In this document: one piece after another, positions 17,324 through 28,200 of the stretch
Numbering within the stretch: the stretch's first letter is position 1
How the letters are laid out: every line of letters begins with the position of its first letter
Source: a virus
Taxonomy: Duplodnaviria > Caudoviricetes
DNA length: 64,000 bases
Strand: one strand, 5' to 3'
Virus record (IMG/VR): IMGVR_UViG_3300020049_014895
Span: 1 to 64,000 of that record
The notes under the pieces: generated by a model
The model's input: the letters and a program-made list of their open reading frames with translations, nothing else
Told to the model about the DNA's origin: nothing
Databases searched by the model: none
Made by a program: the position numbers and the translations under genes

Positions 17324-17450
17324 ACTAATCTTTCCTTTGCCAGCTTCCGGCCGTGTCTAATGTCATGTTGCTCGCACCGCATTTCGATATACCGGTTTAC
17401 TACCCGGACATTCGCCTCCTCAATTAACTCCTCAAGGATTTCTTCGGTAA

Positions 17451-17720
17451 TCATATAAACTTGACTAAAACAGGAAACAATGCCTTGGTGATTATTCCAA
17501 GCAACCATAAACAAAATGCTCCAATGGCACCATAAATTGCCATCTGACCCTTCTTTACCGCCTCAGCAGTTTTTATTGCTTGGCTAAATTCGTCAAACTC
17601 ATTTCGCAAGTCATAAACTGCCGATACCAACCCTTTTCGGTTAGTCTTTTCATCGTTCTCCAAGATGTATAACACCCGGTCCAGCTTTTTGCTTAGTTCA
17701 CTTGTTTCTATTTCTGACAT
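17451..17720 (-). CDS. Coiled-coil plus C-terminal TM protein (holin-associated)
   Basis: Coiled coil followed by a hydrophobic helix. Confidence 0.6.
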   Translation of the reverse strand: MSEIETSELSKKLDRVLYILENDEKTNRKGLVSAVYDLRNEFDEFSQAIKTAEAVKKGQMAIYGAIGAFCLWLLGIITKALFPVLVKFI

Positions 17721-18003
17721 ATTCGTAAGTTGAAATGGTTAACGTTATAAAAATCATTATAATATCACTTTTGTTAAACGTGGTGATGTCGAAAAATATT
17801 CGATCAACAGCATCCGATATGCATAATCCGACTCCTACCGATAAAATAAACCTCAGCAGCCCACTTGTGCCAAGCAATGCTACAAACATCGCCAAAGCAA
17901 ACATAATCGAGTAAATATTGGTGCGTAATTCCCACCACATCTCAAGATTATCCGAATAGAAGTATTCGCATATATTGTAGTTCCATACAAATAGCAATAC
18001 CAA
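17698..18003 (-). CDS. Membrane protein
   Basis: Several TM segments. Confidence 0.55.
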   Translation of the reverse strand: MVLLFVWNYNICEYFYSDNLEMWWELRTNIYSIMFALAMFVALLGTSGLLRFILSVGVGLCISDAVDRIFFDITTFNKSDIIMIFITLTISTYEYVRNRNK

Positions 18004-18022
18004 TATTCCACTTAATATTTCT

Positions 18023-18085
18023 TTACTTCTTAACAGGAGGCTTCGGTTTATCCGGGTTCACTGTCTTTGTTCCTTTTTTTGCCAT
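18023..18085 (-). CDS. 20-aa basic micro-ORF
   Basis: MAKKGTKTVNPDKPKPPVKK fills the gap between two late genes. Confidence 0.35.
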   Translation of the reverse strand: MAKKGTKTVNPDKPKPPVKK

Positions 18086-18098
18086 GATGTAAATATAA

Positions 18099-18962
18099 TT
18101 ATTTTAATGCTATAAAGTTATTTTGAGATAGTTTTTTTCTAATTTCATCAGCCAAACTTCCTGGGATGGTGTGCCCTGACATTAATTCATCTAACACAGC
18201 GCTAGCAATTGCTGCAGAACTCATATTTCCAATAATGTCACCGGCTGTACCTGGTGCATACGCTCCAGGTAACAATGTCGCCCAAGGATCACCGCCAGCT
18301 CCAGCGTTACCCATGGCCTCTCCCATTGTTCCGGAAGCATTATAATCTGCTGTTAAAGCATTCCAAACACCGTCTACAATTTGCTGTACTTCGGCTTGTG
18401 ATTGATTTACGTATATATTTGCTTCTAATGAAAGAGTTCCTCTTAATCCTGCAGTGACAGAACTTGTTCCTGCTAATACAGAATTCATGTAAGCAATTAC
18501 ATTTAATCCTGCTGTTAAACTACCTGTACCAGATAATGAAGCTGCTAAAGAAACAATACCAACTAAACTAGCTGTTGTAATAGTTCCACTACCGCTTAAT
18601 GAAGCAGCCAAAGCTGTTATTAATGATAATTGAGCATCTGTTATAGTACCACTTCCAGTTAATCCAGCAAGGATATTAATTCCCATAGATAATCCGGAAG
18701 CTTGTTCTCCAACACCGTTAATTGCTGTAGTAGAGCTTAATAAAGCTCCTTTATCACCCATAACAATTGAATATGGATGATTAGTTCCTGTAGGAAACCC
18801 ATCCCTTTTTATTTGCTCTAATCCATCTTCCGTTTGTGATCTTCCATAATATCCACGCATAGTATGTGGTTGAATAAACTTCACAGGACTAGTTACGCCA
18901 CTATGATTATGACCACATATTTGACTAACATAAGAATAGTTGCGAATTAACATTATCCCCAA
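18099..18962 (-). CDS. Virion structural protein (tail fibre/tip module)
   Basis: G/S/T/A-rich repeats (LAASLSGSGTIT) and C-terminal IASAVLDE motif. Confidence 0.6.
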   Translation of the reverse strand: MGIMLIRNYSYVSQICGHNHSGVTSPVKFIQPHTMRGYYGRSQTEDGLEQIKRDGFPTGTNHPYSIVMGDKGALLSSTTAINGVGEQASGLSMGINILAGLTGSGTITDAQLSLITALAASLSGSGTITTASLVGIVSLAASLSGTGSLTAGLNVIAYMNSVLAGTSSVTAGLRGTLSLEANIYVNQSQAEVQQIVDGVWNALTADYNASGTMGEAMGNAGAGGDPWATLLPGAYAPGTAGDIIGNMSSAAIASAVLDELMSGHTIPGSLADEIRKKLSQNNFIALK

Positions 18963-20131
18963 ACAAAGTTTAATTGACCACTTACTGCACTAGATACAGG
19001 CGTTGCCACACCACTACCCCATCCAAAATACAAAGCCGCACCATCATAAATTCTTGGTAACGAAGGATACTCAAATAAAAGATTTCTTTCACTTGCTAAA
19101 CCTAAAGTACTGATAGGAAATCTTGTTATTTCTTTGATTAAAGCTACAGTGTATGTTCCTGAAACATAAGATGTAGAATTCTGAATAGTGTTTATCTCTG
19201 CAATACCAGCATCTCCTGCTTGTAAAGGCATTGTGTAATTATATTTACCAGTACCTGTAGCACCAGTGTAAATAATTTGACTATTAGGACAAGCAGTTTT
19301 ACCAATAGGTAATACTGTTGGTGTAGCACGAGATGCAACTTGTGCAGAATTAGTATATCCTAAACTCATATTTGGAGTAGCAGCTCCCAATGGAGTAGCT
19401 GAAGGATTGAAAATAATTGCCATCACACCTGCACCATTTGTATAACGTGGCAATAACCAGTTTAATGTATGAGTACCAGTTCCTGTAGTTGTAATATCTA
19501 TTTGTGTACCAGCGATAGCATTTGCATAAGATGTTGCTAATTTATAAGTATTATTATCAACTCTGATTAAATAATAATCTGTAGCTGCTACTAGTGGAGC
19601 AGGTAATGTAGTTGTTGTACTCACTCTAACTCTTGTACCCGTAAGTAAATTACTAGGCAAAGATGTTACAGAAGTATATGTCATAATATCTGTTGTATCA
19701 TCTGCAGTGAAAGTAGCCGTTCTTGTAGATATAGTATTTGTTGTTGCTTGTGCTGTAGTTGTAGTAACAGTTGTTACTCTATAATAGCCAATTATATCCC
19801 AAAGAACTAATGTTCCTGGTGCCATTGTAGCAGCAGCAGTAACAGCATGTCCACTTAATAGATACTTGTTGTATCCACTAGCTTGAACATCACCACCATG
19901 TTGAAGTGTTCCTGCAGAAGCAGTATCGTCTTCTACTGGTATAAATGTTAAATTGGCTCCAGTATCAAACAAAGCATCTGCTCCTGGATTACCTGCACCT
20001 CTAGCTAAAGAGTGCCATTCATTTGCAACACAAACAGTTGTTGGTTGCATATTTTTACCAAATGGAGCATTCCATGTTTGCCCAGCACTTAATGCTGCAA
20101 TTATTTGGTCATTACTTGAAAATCCTGCCAT
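18953..20131 (-). CDS. Tail-tip/fibre module protein, paralogue of 20306-21208
   Basis: MAGF start, YTNS..R and PLQAGDAG motifs; internal beta-rich insert. Confidence 0.6.
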   Translation of the reverse strand: MAGFSSNDQIIAALSAGQTWNAPFGKNMQPTTVCVANEWHSLARGAGNPGADALFDTGANLTFIPVEDDTASAGTLQHGGDVQASGYNKYLLSGHAVTAAATMAPGTLVLWDIIGYYRVTTVTTTTAQATTNTISTRTATFTADDTTDIMTYTSVTSLPSNLLTGTRVRVSTTTTLPAPLVAATDYYLIRVDNNTYKLATSYANAIAGTQIDITTTGTGTHTLNWLLPRYTNGAGVMAIIFNPSATPLGAATPNMSLGYTNSAQVASRATPTVLPIGKTACPNSQIIYTGATGTGKYNYTMPLQAGDAGIAEINTIQNSTSYVSGTYTVALIKEITRFPISTLGLASERNLLFEYPSLPRIYDGAALYFGWGSGVATPVSSAVSGQLNFVWG

Positions 20132-20132
20132 T

Positions 20133-20315
20133 TTATTCTGATATTAATGTTATTGTTTTTAATTCTTTTAATGAATCAATGTTATATTCTTTAGCATATT
20201 CATCATTTTTTATAGCATCCAATTTCAATGGATAACCTTCTGTATCTATTAAAACTATAGAATTTTTATCTTTAGTTTTTAAAATTTCAATTAATTCCTT
20301 TACTATCATGTCCAT
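20133..20315 (-). CDS. Small hypothetical protein
   Basis: 60-aa very AT-rich ORF between the two paralogues. Confidence 0.5.
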   Translation of the reverse strand: MDMIVKELIEILKTKDKNSIVLIDTEGYPLKLDAIKNDEYAKEYNIDSLKELKTITLISE

Positions 20316-21208
20316 ATTACTTTTAAATCTCCTCTTAATAAAGCTGTTGTTGAGAAGAATGATGTTTGTGGTAAAACTATAAAATTTAAAAATGCATCAT
20401 CATAAATTCTAGTTAACTCACTACTATATATTAAAAAATCTTTTTCATTTGGTGTAGCAATTGTACCTGCCGTTGACACTCCTGATTCAGCAAAACATGT
20501 TTGTGCAATTGGTTTTACAAGAATTAATGTAAATAATCCAGTATCAACACCATTCATTGTACAAGATTCAATTAATTGAACACCGCTATCTCCATCTTGT
20601 AGAGGAATCATCCAACCAGCACTACCAGCTACAGCTCTATCACTATTGGTTATTGAACCAATAACAGTGGATGTATTTTGTTTACATGTTTTACTCACTC
20701 TTCCTGAAACTCCATCTGAGTTAGTATATTTTACAGTGAATGTTTGTCCACCAGTTCTAGCACCAGTTGTAACAGCCATTATTTGTACACCTTTACCATC
20801 TGTATATCTTGGTAATGTAACACTATTTGTCATTATTTGCTCATCTGTTGTACCATCATCAATAGAAGGATAGTATAACAAATAATCCAATAAAACAGCA
20901 TTCATTGGTGCTAAAGATGTTACATTAGCACTTTGTGCTTGACAAGTTATCTTTCTTAGAAATTTTTCACTAGGAGAAACATTTGAACCATGAAAAATAC
21001 CTCCATCTGTAGATTGGTAAATAGCTTTAGCCACTAACGGTGCTGCATCAAACCAATATTTAGGTGTTGGCATACCTGGGCTCATTGATAAATCAAACCA
21101 TATACCTATGGTGGTTCCTTGAACAGGAGTTTTACGCCAGATATAATCTCTGACTTTACCATCCAATTCTGCATTAACTAATTCTCCTATGGTTTTAAAT
21201 CCTGCCAT
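20306..21208 (-). CDS. Tail-tip/fibre module protein
   Basis: MAGF start, YTNSDG..GR and PLQDGDSG motifs. Confidence 0.6.
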   Translation of the reverse strand: MAGFKTIGELVNAELDGKVRDYIWRKTPVQGTTIGIWFDLSMSPGMPTPKYWFDAAPLVAKAIYQSTDGGIFHGSNVSPSEKFLRKITCQAQSANVTSLAPMNAVLLDYLLYYPSIDDGTTDEQIMTNSVTLPRYTDGKGVQIMAVTTGARTGGQTFTVKYTNSDGVSGRVSKTCKQNTSTVIGSITNSDRAVAGSAGWMIPLQDGDSGVQLIESCTMNGVDTGLFTLILVKPIAQTCFAESGVSTAGTIATPNEKDFLIYSSELTRIYDDAFLNFIVLPQTSFFSTTALLRGDLKVIWT

Positions 21209-21426
21209 TAGTTACTAAACTGACTTCTACCATAAGCATGTCCATCTAAGTCACATGTTATAGGAGCTTTTTTAATTATATAAAACTTAATACCAAAAAA
21301 AGACTGCAATTTTTCAATCCATCCTGATGGTTTACGTTCAACTTGAACTAAACAATTACATTTTCTAATTGGTTCAGGTAAATCTTTTACAAGAACTCCT
21401 AAACCACATTTACTACATTTATACAT
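21208..21426 (-). CDS. Small Cys-rich protein
   Basis: CSKC and CNC motifs. Confidence 0.55.
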   Translation of the reverse strand: MYKCSKCGLGVLVKDLPEPIRKCNCLVQVERKPSGWIEKLQSFFGIKFYIIKKAPITCDLDGHAYGRSQFSN

Positions 21427-21508
21427 ATTTTAACTGTTTTAATATTAATTTACAAAGTTACAAAATAAAATCTATATTTGCAACTTATTTTAGTAATATT
21501 TTAGATTA

Positions 21509-21952
21509 TTAATCTTCAGTTACAGTTAAAGCGGAAGCAGCAAATTGTGGTTGAATACCAGAAGATACTGAACGAGAAGCAGTTAGAGCACCAGAGTAAA
21601 GAATTACTCCTGCTGTTGGATAAGCTGAAGTTCCAATACTTACATAAGTAATTGTTTCAGAACCACCTGTACACTCCGGAAATTGTGCTAAAGCAGCATT
21701 AGTTGCAGAGTTTGTCACTACAGTCCACCCACCAACAGTTCTTGCTACAGCAACTCTATCATAAGAGGTATAAGCGCATTCATTAGTTGTTTGGTCTCCC
21801 GCTTCACCAGGATCTGCTGTGTGTAAAGCGAGATAAAGGTTTCCTGCTACAGTAGAATTTTGAATACCACCGGCATCGCCAATATTTGGAATATCAACAT
21901 TGTTGAAAATTAACTGCAAATATTGGTTCTCAAATGTATTACTTTTTGACAT
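21509..21952 (-). CDS. Phage tail fibre-associated protein
   Basis: YLALHTADPGEAG...YTSYDRVAV...FP motif common in phage tail fibre regions. Confidence 0.7.
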   Translation of the reverse strand: MSKSNTFENQYLQLIFNNVDIPNIGDAGGIQNSTVAGNLYLALHTADPGEAGDQTTNECAYTSYDRVAVARTVGGWTVVTNSATNAALAQFPECTGGSETITYVSIGTSAYPTAGVILYSGALTASRSVSSGIQPQFAASALTVTED

Positions 21953-21967
21953 GTTATTTAGTTTTAA

Positions 21968-22195
21968 TTATAAATATGTGTATGACGCTCTGTCGTCCCA
22001 AACTTTTGTAAACGAAGGATCGCTGTCTGCATATAAAACAACCAATCCGCTTGTTGAATCTAATCTCTTTATTTGCCAATATGGATCGCTAGTTAAACTG
22101 CCAGGAGAGGCATACCCAACGTATGTTATCGTTGCACTTGCCTCGTCCAGTTCAATCGAATTAAACGACTCTACAGATGTAAACCCTTGACTCAT
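21968..22195 (-). CDS. Small structural protein
   Basis: TYVGYA.PG...WQIKR...WDDRASYTY pattern. Confidence 0.6.
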   Translation of the reverse strand: MSQGFTSVESFNSIELDEASATITYVGYASPGSLTSDPYWQIKRLDSTSGLVVLYADSDPSFTKVWDDRASYTYL

Positions 22196-22524
22196 TATGT
22201 TATTTCTACTCCAAAAATATTTATACTTACACCATTGCCACTTGCGTATCCACGAACAACATCTGCCGGACCCAGAGTTATTCCTGTAGTAAATGTAAAA
22301 GTTGCATTCCTAGATAAAAGAACATCATAATACAAATACTGTTTTGGCGTATCAGCTAACCCTCCCACAGCAACAGAAACCCTAAAAGTCCTATTTGAGC
22401 CAGAAGCATTACAAACAAATACCGTGCTTCCAACAACTTGTGTCGAAGCCGGCACAATATAACAATCAGTTAACGTTGTAGCTGGCAATGCCGTTTGAGA
22501 AAGAACTTTTCTTGTTTCTGCCAT
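22195..22524 (-). CDS. Structural protein (tail fibre region)
   Basis: Beta-rich 109 aa, coupled to neighbours. Confidence 0.6.
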   Translation of the reverse strand: MAETRKVLSQTALPATTLTDCYIVPASTQVVGSTVFVCNASGSNRTFRVSVAVGGLADTPKQYLYYDVLLSRNATFTFTTGITLGPADVVRGYASGNGVSINIFGVEIT

Positions 22525-22937
22525 TACATACCTCCTAACATTAAAATTGGAGCATATTGTGTTTCTACCGCAGGAACTGATATCGGAACGTTTACAGCAC
22601 TAATAACCCTTCCATCTTCTCCTAATTCAATCTGAGGGACATTCGATGCATCACCATACGTTCCGGCAACAACACCCGTATCTTTTAATTCAGTTGATAT
22701 TTCCGGAACAGATGGATTGTATGTAGTCGTATTAGAATCCGTAGAAACCAAAATCTCACCTACAGCATTTTGTGCTAAAATGGCGAAATTGTTCGTTATA
22801 AAATCAAGTGTGCCCTGCCCATTACCACGATACAATGTTCCTTTTTCTGGTCCAGTCTGTTGAACATAATCTCTACCCTTAATCGCTTTTTTTGTAGCAA
22901 CTAAATTTTTAAGATATGATTCAGAATAGACTGCCAT
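22524..22937 (-). CDS. Structural protein (tail fibre region)
   Basis: GVVAGTYG...GRVISA fibre motif. Confidence 0.6.
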   Translation of the reverse strand: MAVYSESYLKNLVATKKAIKGRDYVQQTGPEKGTLYRGNGQGTLDFITNNFAILAQNAVGEILVSTDSNTTTYNPSVPEISTELKDTGVVAGTYGDASNVPQIELGEDGRVISAVNVPISVPAVETQYAPILMLGGM

Positions 22938-24727
22938 TAGAAAGTGTTTCCGTTTGCTTGATAAATGAATCCATCGGCACGCTTCACAAACTCAATTGTA
23001 TCGCCATTGGAACCATTAATTACTTTGTTTGTTGCTCCATTACATCGAGGCTGATTCGCTCCAGTGCCATGCACAAAAGTTACAGTTAATCCAACTTCCG
23101 GATTAAATCTTACCGGAACACCTTCAACGAAATTTGCAAACAAGTTAATTGACTCAGTTGCATTTGTGGAAGACAATCCCATTATCCCAACATAATCCTT
23201 AAACACTCCAAGGTCTATCGTTGTTAATCCTGTTATTGTAATTGACTCTACAAAATTTGAAGCCATTTTAGCTTGATAAATACCTGATGTCGGATCAGTA
23301 GTAGTATTTGTAAAATCCATACTTCTGTCTGTGTCTATAACACAACCAGAGCACTCGGATGCAGCATCATCAATTGTTACGGTAGCCGAACTGCCGTAAG
23401 CAGACGTTGCGACAAAGTTTATTGTATTGTGATTACACTTATGGGTTCCAGTGCCAAGTGTATAGGTTGCAGCAAAAGTGATTCCCCTGCCTACATAATT
23501 GCCATGAAATTCAACCGAAGTAGTATTTAAGTTGCTAATTGTTCCAATGGCAATATTATGAGCGCATGTATCATTTCCCCACTGAAAAAAATCAATTGAA
23601 AATCCATCTATTTCATTGTTTCTTTTATCAAAGCGTTTTTTCACAACATCATTGATAAAGTCATATAAAATAAAATCTGCCTCAAGAATGTATCCTACGT
23701 TAGCTGTTGCTTTTGGCAAAACAGTATATCCATTTGTGCCATCTGGAGGAGTTCCAGTAAACAACCCTGAATCGGTTACTTGCCAATGCAATCCACCTTG
23801 AAAAACTACATCTCCATTTGCAAATGGGAATCCAGCTTCGTCAGTAGCATTCCAAACAATATTTGCGCCATCAACATAGGCTTGTCCGGTAAGACCCAAA
23901 ACACCACTATAATTCCCGTTAAACTGAAAATCAGGAACAAGATATAGTCCAGTGGCACTTAATGATAATCGCGAAGCTGTAACAGCCTCTACAATAATGC
24001 CATCGTCAGCCTTATCAGTAATTTTATAAAAACCGGGAGTCATTGTTCCTGCATTATACAATGTCAGCAAGTCTGCATAAGTAATATCAACAATTCCACC
24101 ACCACTACCCCCAAACCCAACCCAACTAGCGCCATCATAATAATTATGAACGCCTAAATCTGTATCAAAAACAGTTAATCCAGTTGCCGGTGTCGCTATT
24201 GCATTTTTCTGCGCAGTAGTCATTGACGGGAATTTAAAACCCTTTGTCGTTGACTGAAAGTCTCCAATTGCAGATGCATGCGGAATACTTCCGCCCATCA
24301 CAAATTCTCCTGTAGCCCTCACAGACCCTCTTGTTAAATTATTTGTTACAAATCGTAAATGCTTGTTGTTTCTTGCACCAACAAGAACATCTGTCCCTAA
24401 AGAATTCCCCCCCTGAAGCAATGCCGTTCCAGTGTAAACAACCCATGTTGAACCATTAAATCGATAAGTAGAAAGTGTTGCCGTAACAAAGATAATATCA
24501 TCAGTTGCCGGAACCGTATAAACCCAAGCCCCTCCATCCCATTCAGCAACCTCAGTAGCATGACCAACCCATGCTCCAGACGGAGCCGAATTAATCAAAT
24601 ATCTATCTCCTAAAGTTGGCCCTCCAGGAGGCGGATTTATATAAGAAATTACCGGGTCCAATTCGTTATAAACGATAGGAATAGACCCCGTTCCTAAGTT
24701 TGCGCCAAAACCTGACCCTGCACCCAT
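22937..24727 (-). CDS. Tail fibre / receptor-binding protein
   Basis: DUF2793-like N-terminus (GDRYLI...GAWVG), STTKGFKFPSMTTAQKNAI motif, beta-rich C-terminus. Confidence 0.75.
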   Translation of the reverse strand: MGAGSGFGANLGTGSIPIVYNELDPVISYINPPPGGPTLGDRYLINSAPSGAWVGHATEVAEWDGGAWVYTVPATDDIIFVTATLSTYRFNGSTWVVYTGTALLQGGNSLGTDVLVGARNNKHLRFVTNNLTRGSVRATGEFVMGGSIPHASAIGDFQSTTKGFKFPSMTTAQKNAIATPATGLTVFDTDLGVHNYYDGASWVGFGGSGGGIVDITYADLLTLYNAGTMTPGFYKITDKADDGIIVEAVTASRLSLSATGLYLVPDFQFNGNYSGVLGLTGQAYVDGANIVWNATDEAGFPFANGDVVFQGGLHWQVTDSGLFTGTPPDGTNGYTVLPKATANVGYILEADFILYDFINDVVKKRFDKRNNEIDGFSIDFFQWGNDTCAHNIAIGTISNLNTTSVEFHGNYVGRGITFAATYTLGTGTHKCNHNTINFVATSAYGSSATVTIDDAASECSGCVIDTDRSMDFTNTTTDPTSGIYQAKMASNFVESITITGLTTIDLGVFKDYVGIMGLSSTNATESINLFANFVEGVPVRFNPEVGLTVTFVHGTGANQPRCNGATNKVINGSNGDTIEFVKRADGFIYQANGNTF

Positions 24728-24735
24728 TTTATATG

Positions 24736-25212
24736 TTATTTAGAGATTAATATCATCATTGTTGTTTCAGTAGCATCCACTATTAATGGATCAATAAAAT
24801 CACGAGTAGAAGATGTGCTTCTGCTATCTTTTGAAAATGTAATCGATTGTCCAACAGGAAATGTCACCCCATCGATTTCACCATTCGCTCCACCGGTAGG
24901 GATAGATAAAGAAATTGTTACAATATTTAAGTCAGAAGCTAAAATAACATCCGGAGCGGCTGAAGCCAAATCAACAGTAAACGCCTGCTGCAAAACAGCG
25001 CTTGTATCGCTGTCAACACGAATAACTTTTCGAATCTCATTAGCAGACAAATCCACCAACCAAGACCCCGCAGGCATTTGAGACAAGAACGATGTTCCGG
25101 TTCCTGTTACAATTGTCCCTTCTGTAATACAAGTTCCTGTTTTAGCTCCACTCAAAGGAACGGTGCGCTTTGTTGTTGTATATTCGTAAATACTATTTTT
25201 GAAGTTTGCCAT
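24736..25212 (-). CDS. Structural protein
   Basis: First gene behind a late-promoter box. Confidence 0.6.
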   Translation of the reverse strand: MANFKNSIYEYTTTKRTVPLSGAKTGTCITEGTIVTGTGTSFLSQMPAGSWLVDLSANEIRKVIRVDSDTSAVLQQAFTVDLASAAPDVILASDLNIVTISLSIPTGGANGEIDGVTFPVGQSITFSKDSRSTSSTRDFIDPLIVDATETTMMILISK

Positions 25213-25228
25213 GGCTTTGAATTTTTCC

Positions 25229-25266
25229 CAAATATAATCACTAATTTAGAATGATTATAAATTAGA
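25229..25266 (-). promoter_or_regulatory. Late promoter, copy 1
   Basis: 23-bp box at 25244-25266, 7-nt spacer, TATATTTG (25236-25229). Confidence 0.8.
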
Positions 25267-25267
25267 A

Positions 25268-28200
25268 TTACTTTTTAGGAACAAGCTCCGGATGCTCAAA
25301 AATTAATTGCTTTTTAGCATTATACGCTCCACTCTCATAAAGCTTCTTCAGCTTATCGATTTTATCTTCCACCGAATCTGTTTTCCACTCAGGAGATAAT
25401 GTATATTTCTCGACTAAATTAGCACGATTTTTCCCTACATACTTTTGGTATGTTTCATACATCTTCGGATCTAAATTTACTCGCTCCTTCTTAATGCTAA
25501 TATAATTTCTAGGAATATTAGGGAGCACATCTCGCTTCATCTTTTCGTCTTCAGCATCATTCCATAATTCATAAATCTTATAGTTGTATGAATCGGTGTC
25601 AACCTTTTTGCCCTTAGTTACATCAAGTAAATACCATAAATACTTATTATCACCGGCAGGTGCACCTTTAATAGATTCGCCCCACAAGTTAACCTTTGTA
25701 GGCAACTCCTTGCCCATGAACATCTTTGTCTTGAATGTATTGACAAGCTCATCGGAAAATGACTCAGCCTTCGTTACACGAGAGGTATCATCCTGAGCCT
25801 TACTTATATTTGCAAGTGTATTCGGATATACAATAGCACCAAGGGCACCTAAGGTGTTTACTGCCCATTTTCTTTTGGTTCTTTCATCACCAGTAACAGC
25901 TTCAATAAATGTATTTGCACCTTGTAAGAAAGATTGCTCAATAGCAGATTGACCCGAATAAGCAGCGCGATTAAACAAATCCTGCATCCACCCTATGCTT
26001 TCACCCTTCAGTGGCTTCTGGTTAGCGTAAAGCGAGATAAACATCCCGACAACACCCATATTTTTATAATCTACCCAAACATCATTATCCTTCACCGTTG
26101 GACTTCCACCGGATAACATCCGCTGTAATCCAGAAATATTTAGTGAGTTTGGCGGAACGTTTTGATACTGAATAGCAGTTCCCTCAATATCTTTTCTATC
26201 GGCACTTGGAGTAACAAGTCCATTTTGAACCAATTGTTGCGCACCATAACGAATGCCAAAACCGGTAACTGCTTTCCCAAGATATTCTAAAGAAGCCTTT
26301 CTATTACCTTGAGTTGCTTCATATAATCCGCGAGCAGATGCATACTCAGGAAACGCATATAACATCGTTTCTCCAAGCAAATTTAATGGTGTTTTAACGT
26401 ATGGAATCTGAGACTTAAACACAACCTTGGCAACATCACCAATGTAAGGGATGCTTGATAATTGCTCTTCCATCCATCGTACTCCTTGCTGAGCACCCTT
26501 AACCACCCCTTCAGATTGCTGATATACAGCTTTCTCAGAACGAAGCTTTATCTCCTCGGCACTCTTAGCGTCTGGGAACAAAACAAACTTGTCAAGTTCT
26601 TTTCCTTCCAATCCTTTTAGTTTCCCAATTTCATAAGCTGTACCATACTCGGCAGCTTTACGAAATGGTTTATCACCAAGATTTAACAATCGGAACATCG
26701 TTTCAGCAGGAACTCCAAAAGTCCCCTCCACAAAGTTGTTTATTTGCTGATACGCCTTTATCTTTTTTTCACCGGTTAATCCATGATAGAAATCTACCAT
26801 TGACTTTAACGGTTGTAATTGCTGAGATAAATCACGTTCGATCATCTCCTCCGGATTAATACCGCGAATCAATTCTTTTAATGACGTTTTAAGCCCCGGC
26901 ATCACACCTTTAGTTTCGCCTTTCCAGTACGCCAATGCATCAATAGTTCTGCCTTCCTTAATGAGTTTATCCATCAAAGGAAGCATTTGAGCTTTAGCCA
27001 TAACAAAATCTGCCATCGATGCAATCCCTCTGGATGCAAATCTCAATGGCTGTATCAAACTATTCGAATAAACGTTCTTTACCAATGAAAGCGGACCAAG
27101 TAAATTCCCTTGCAAGATTGTAGCAAGCGTGTTGCCCAACTTCTTTTCATTCTTAAAGTAATCGGATAACTCAGCATTTGCCTTTTGTCCCTCAAACACA
27201 TCATTCATCCACTCCTTTTGCTTTGCCTTTATTTCTGACTCAGGAGCATTTGAATCAAATAAATCCTGAAGTTCTTTTGCGGTAATATCCGACTTGTTTA
27301 TCTTTTCAATGAGAGCGCGAACATTTGCCTCTCCCATGGTATCAATTCCTGGAAGACCAAGCTCCTGAGCGTACATCTCTTTAAATCGCTCGTTACTCAA
27401 TCCTCCTAAATTCATAATTTCATCAAGAGCATTCCCCAAAAGTTTCTTTCTGCTTTCCGGAGAAAGTTTTCCAAGTTTCTTTTCAAGTTTATCCAAAAAT
27501 TGTTTCTTCACCTCCGGAGGCATCGCATCAAATACTCCCTTTTTAGAGAAATCGGATAACGTTCTTTGTTGTGGATCATACTCCTTTGGCACTTTTGCCT
27601 TTTTCCACAAATCTTCCAATTGGCCTTCGGTGAAATCAGGATTTTCCTTTTTCATCTTGTTGGCCCATTGCTTAAATCGGTAGGCTCCCTCTACAAGATA
27701 AATTACTCCCATCTCACTATAAATCTCAATCTGCTTACTATTCAATCCGATGATGGAAGCCGATGCCGTTCCTTTTGCTTTTTTAGCCTCGGCACGTAAT
27801 TCTTCCAATCGCTTGTCGCGGACCTTCTTGCTATTGAAGATGTTTTCTTTTTTAGGTGCACGCTTGTTAAGTTTTTCCAACTCGGCAGCAACCTTTTCCC
27901 CAACTACTCGAGCAAAATCTTCCGACTTAACAAACTCATCAATTATTTCTTTTGCGGAAGCAATGTCCTGTTTGTGTCCTTTTAATGCACTTTCATTTCG
28001 CTCCGAAATAGTTTTCTTAATCGCTGAGATGGCTCCTTCAGGAGTTTTTTCAAGCAATCGTTTCCATGCTTTTCCGGCATTAATTTCTTGCCCGGCCTTA
28101 CGGAAGTTGTCGGCAGTAAACATGGCAACATCAACGGCTTTATCTTGCCATTTCTTTTGCTCTGCTAATGTCTCAGCAGATTTAGCTTTTTCAGATAACA

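Noticed and set aside
17272-17514. 80-aa minus-strand ORF as a separate lysis gene
   Set aside because: Overlaps both neighbours and its start is uncertain; a shorter gene may exist but I cannot fix its boundaries.
18099-24727. Diversity-generating retroelement or invertible tail-fibre shufflon
   Set aside because: No reverse transcriptase, no TR/VR pair, and no inverted repeats flanking fibre segments were seen.
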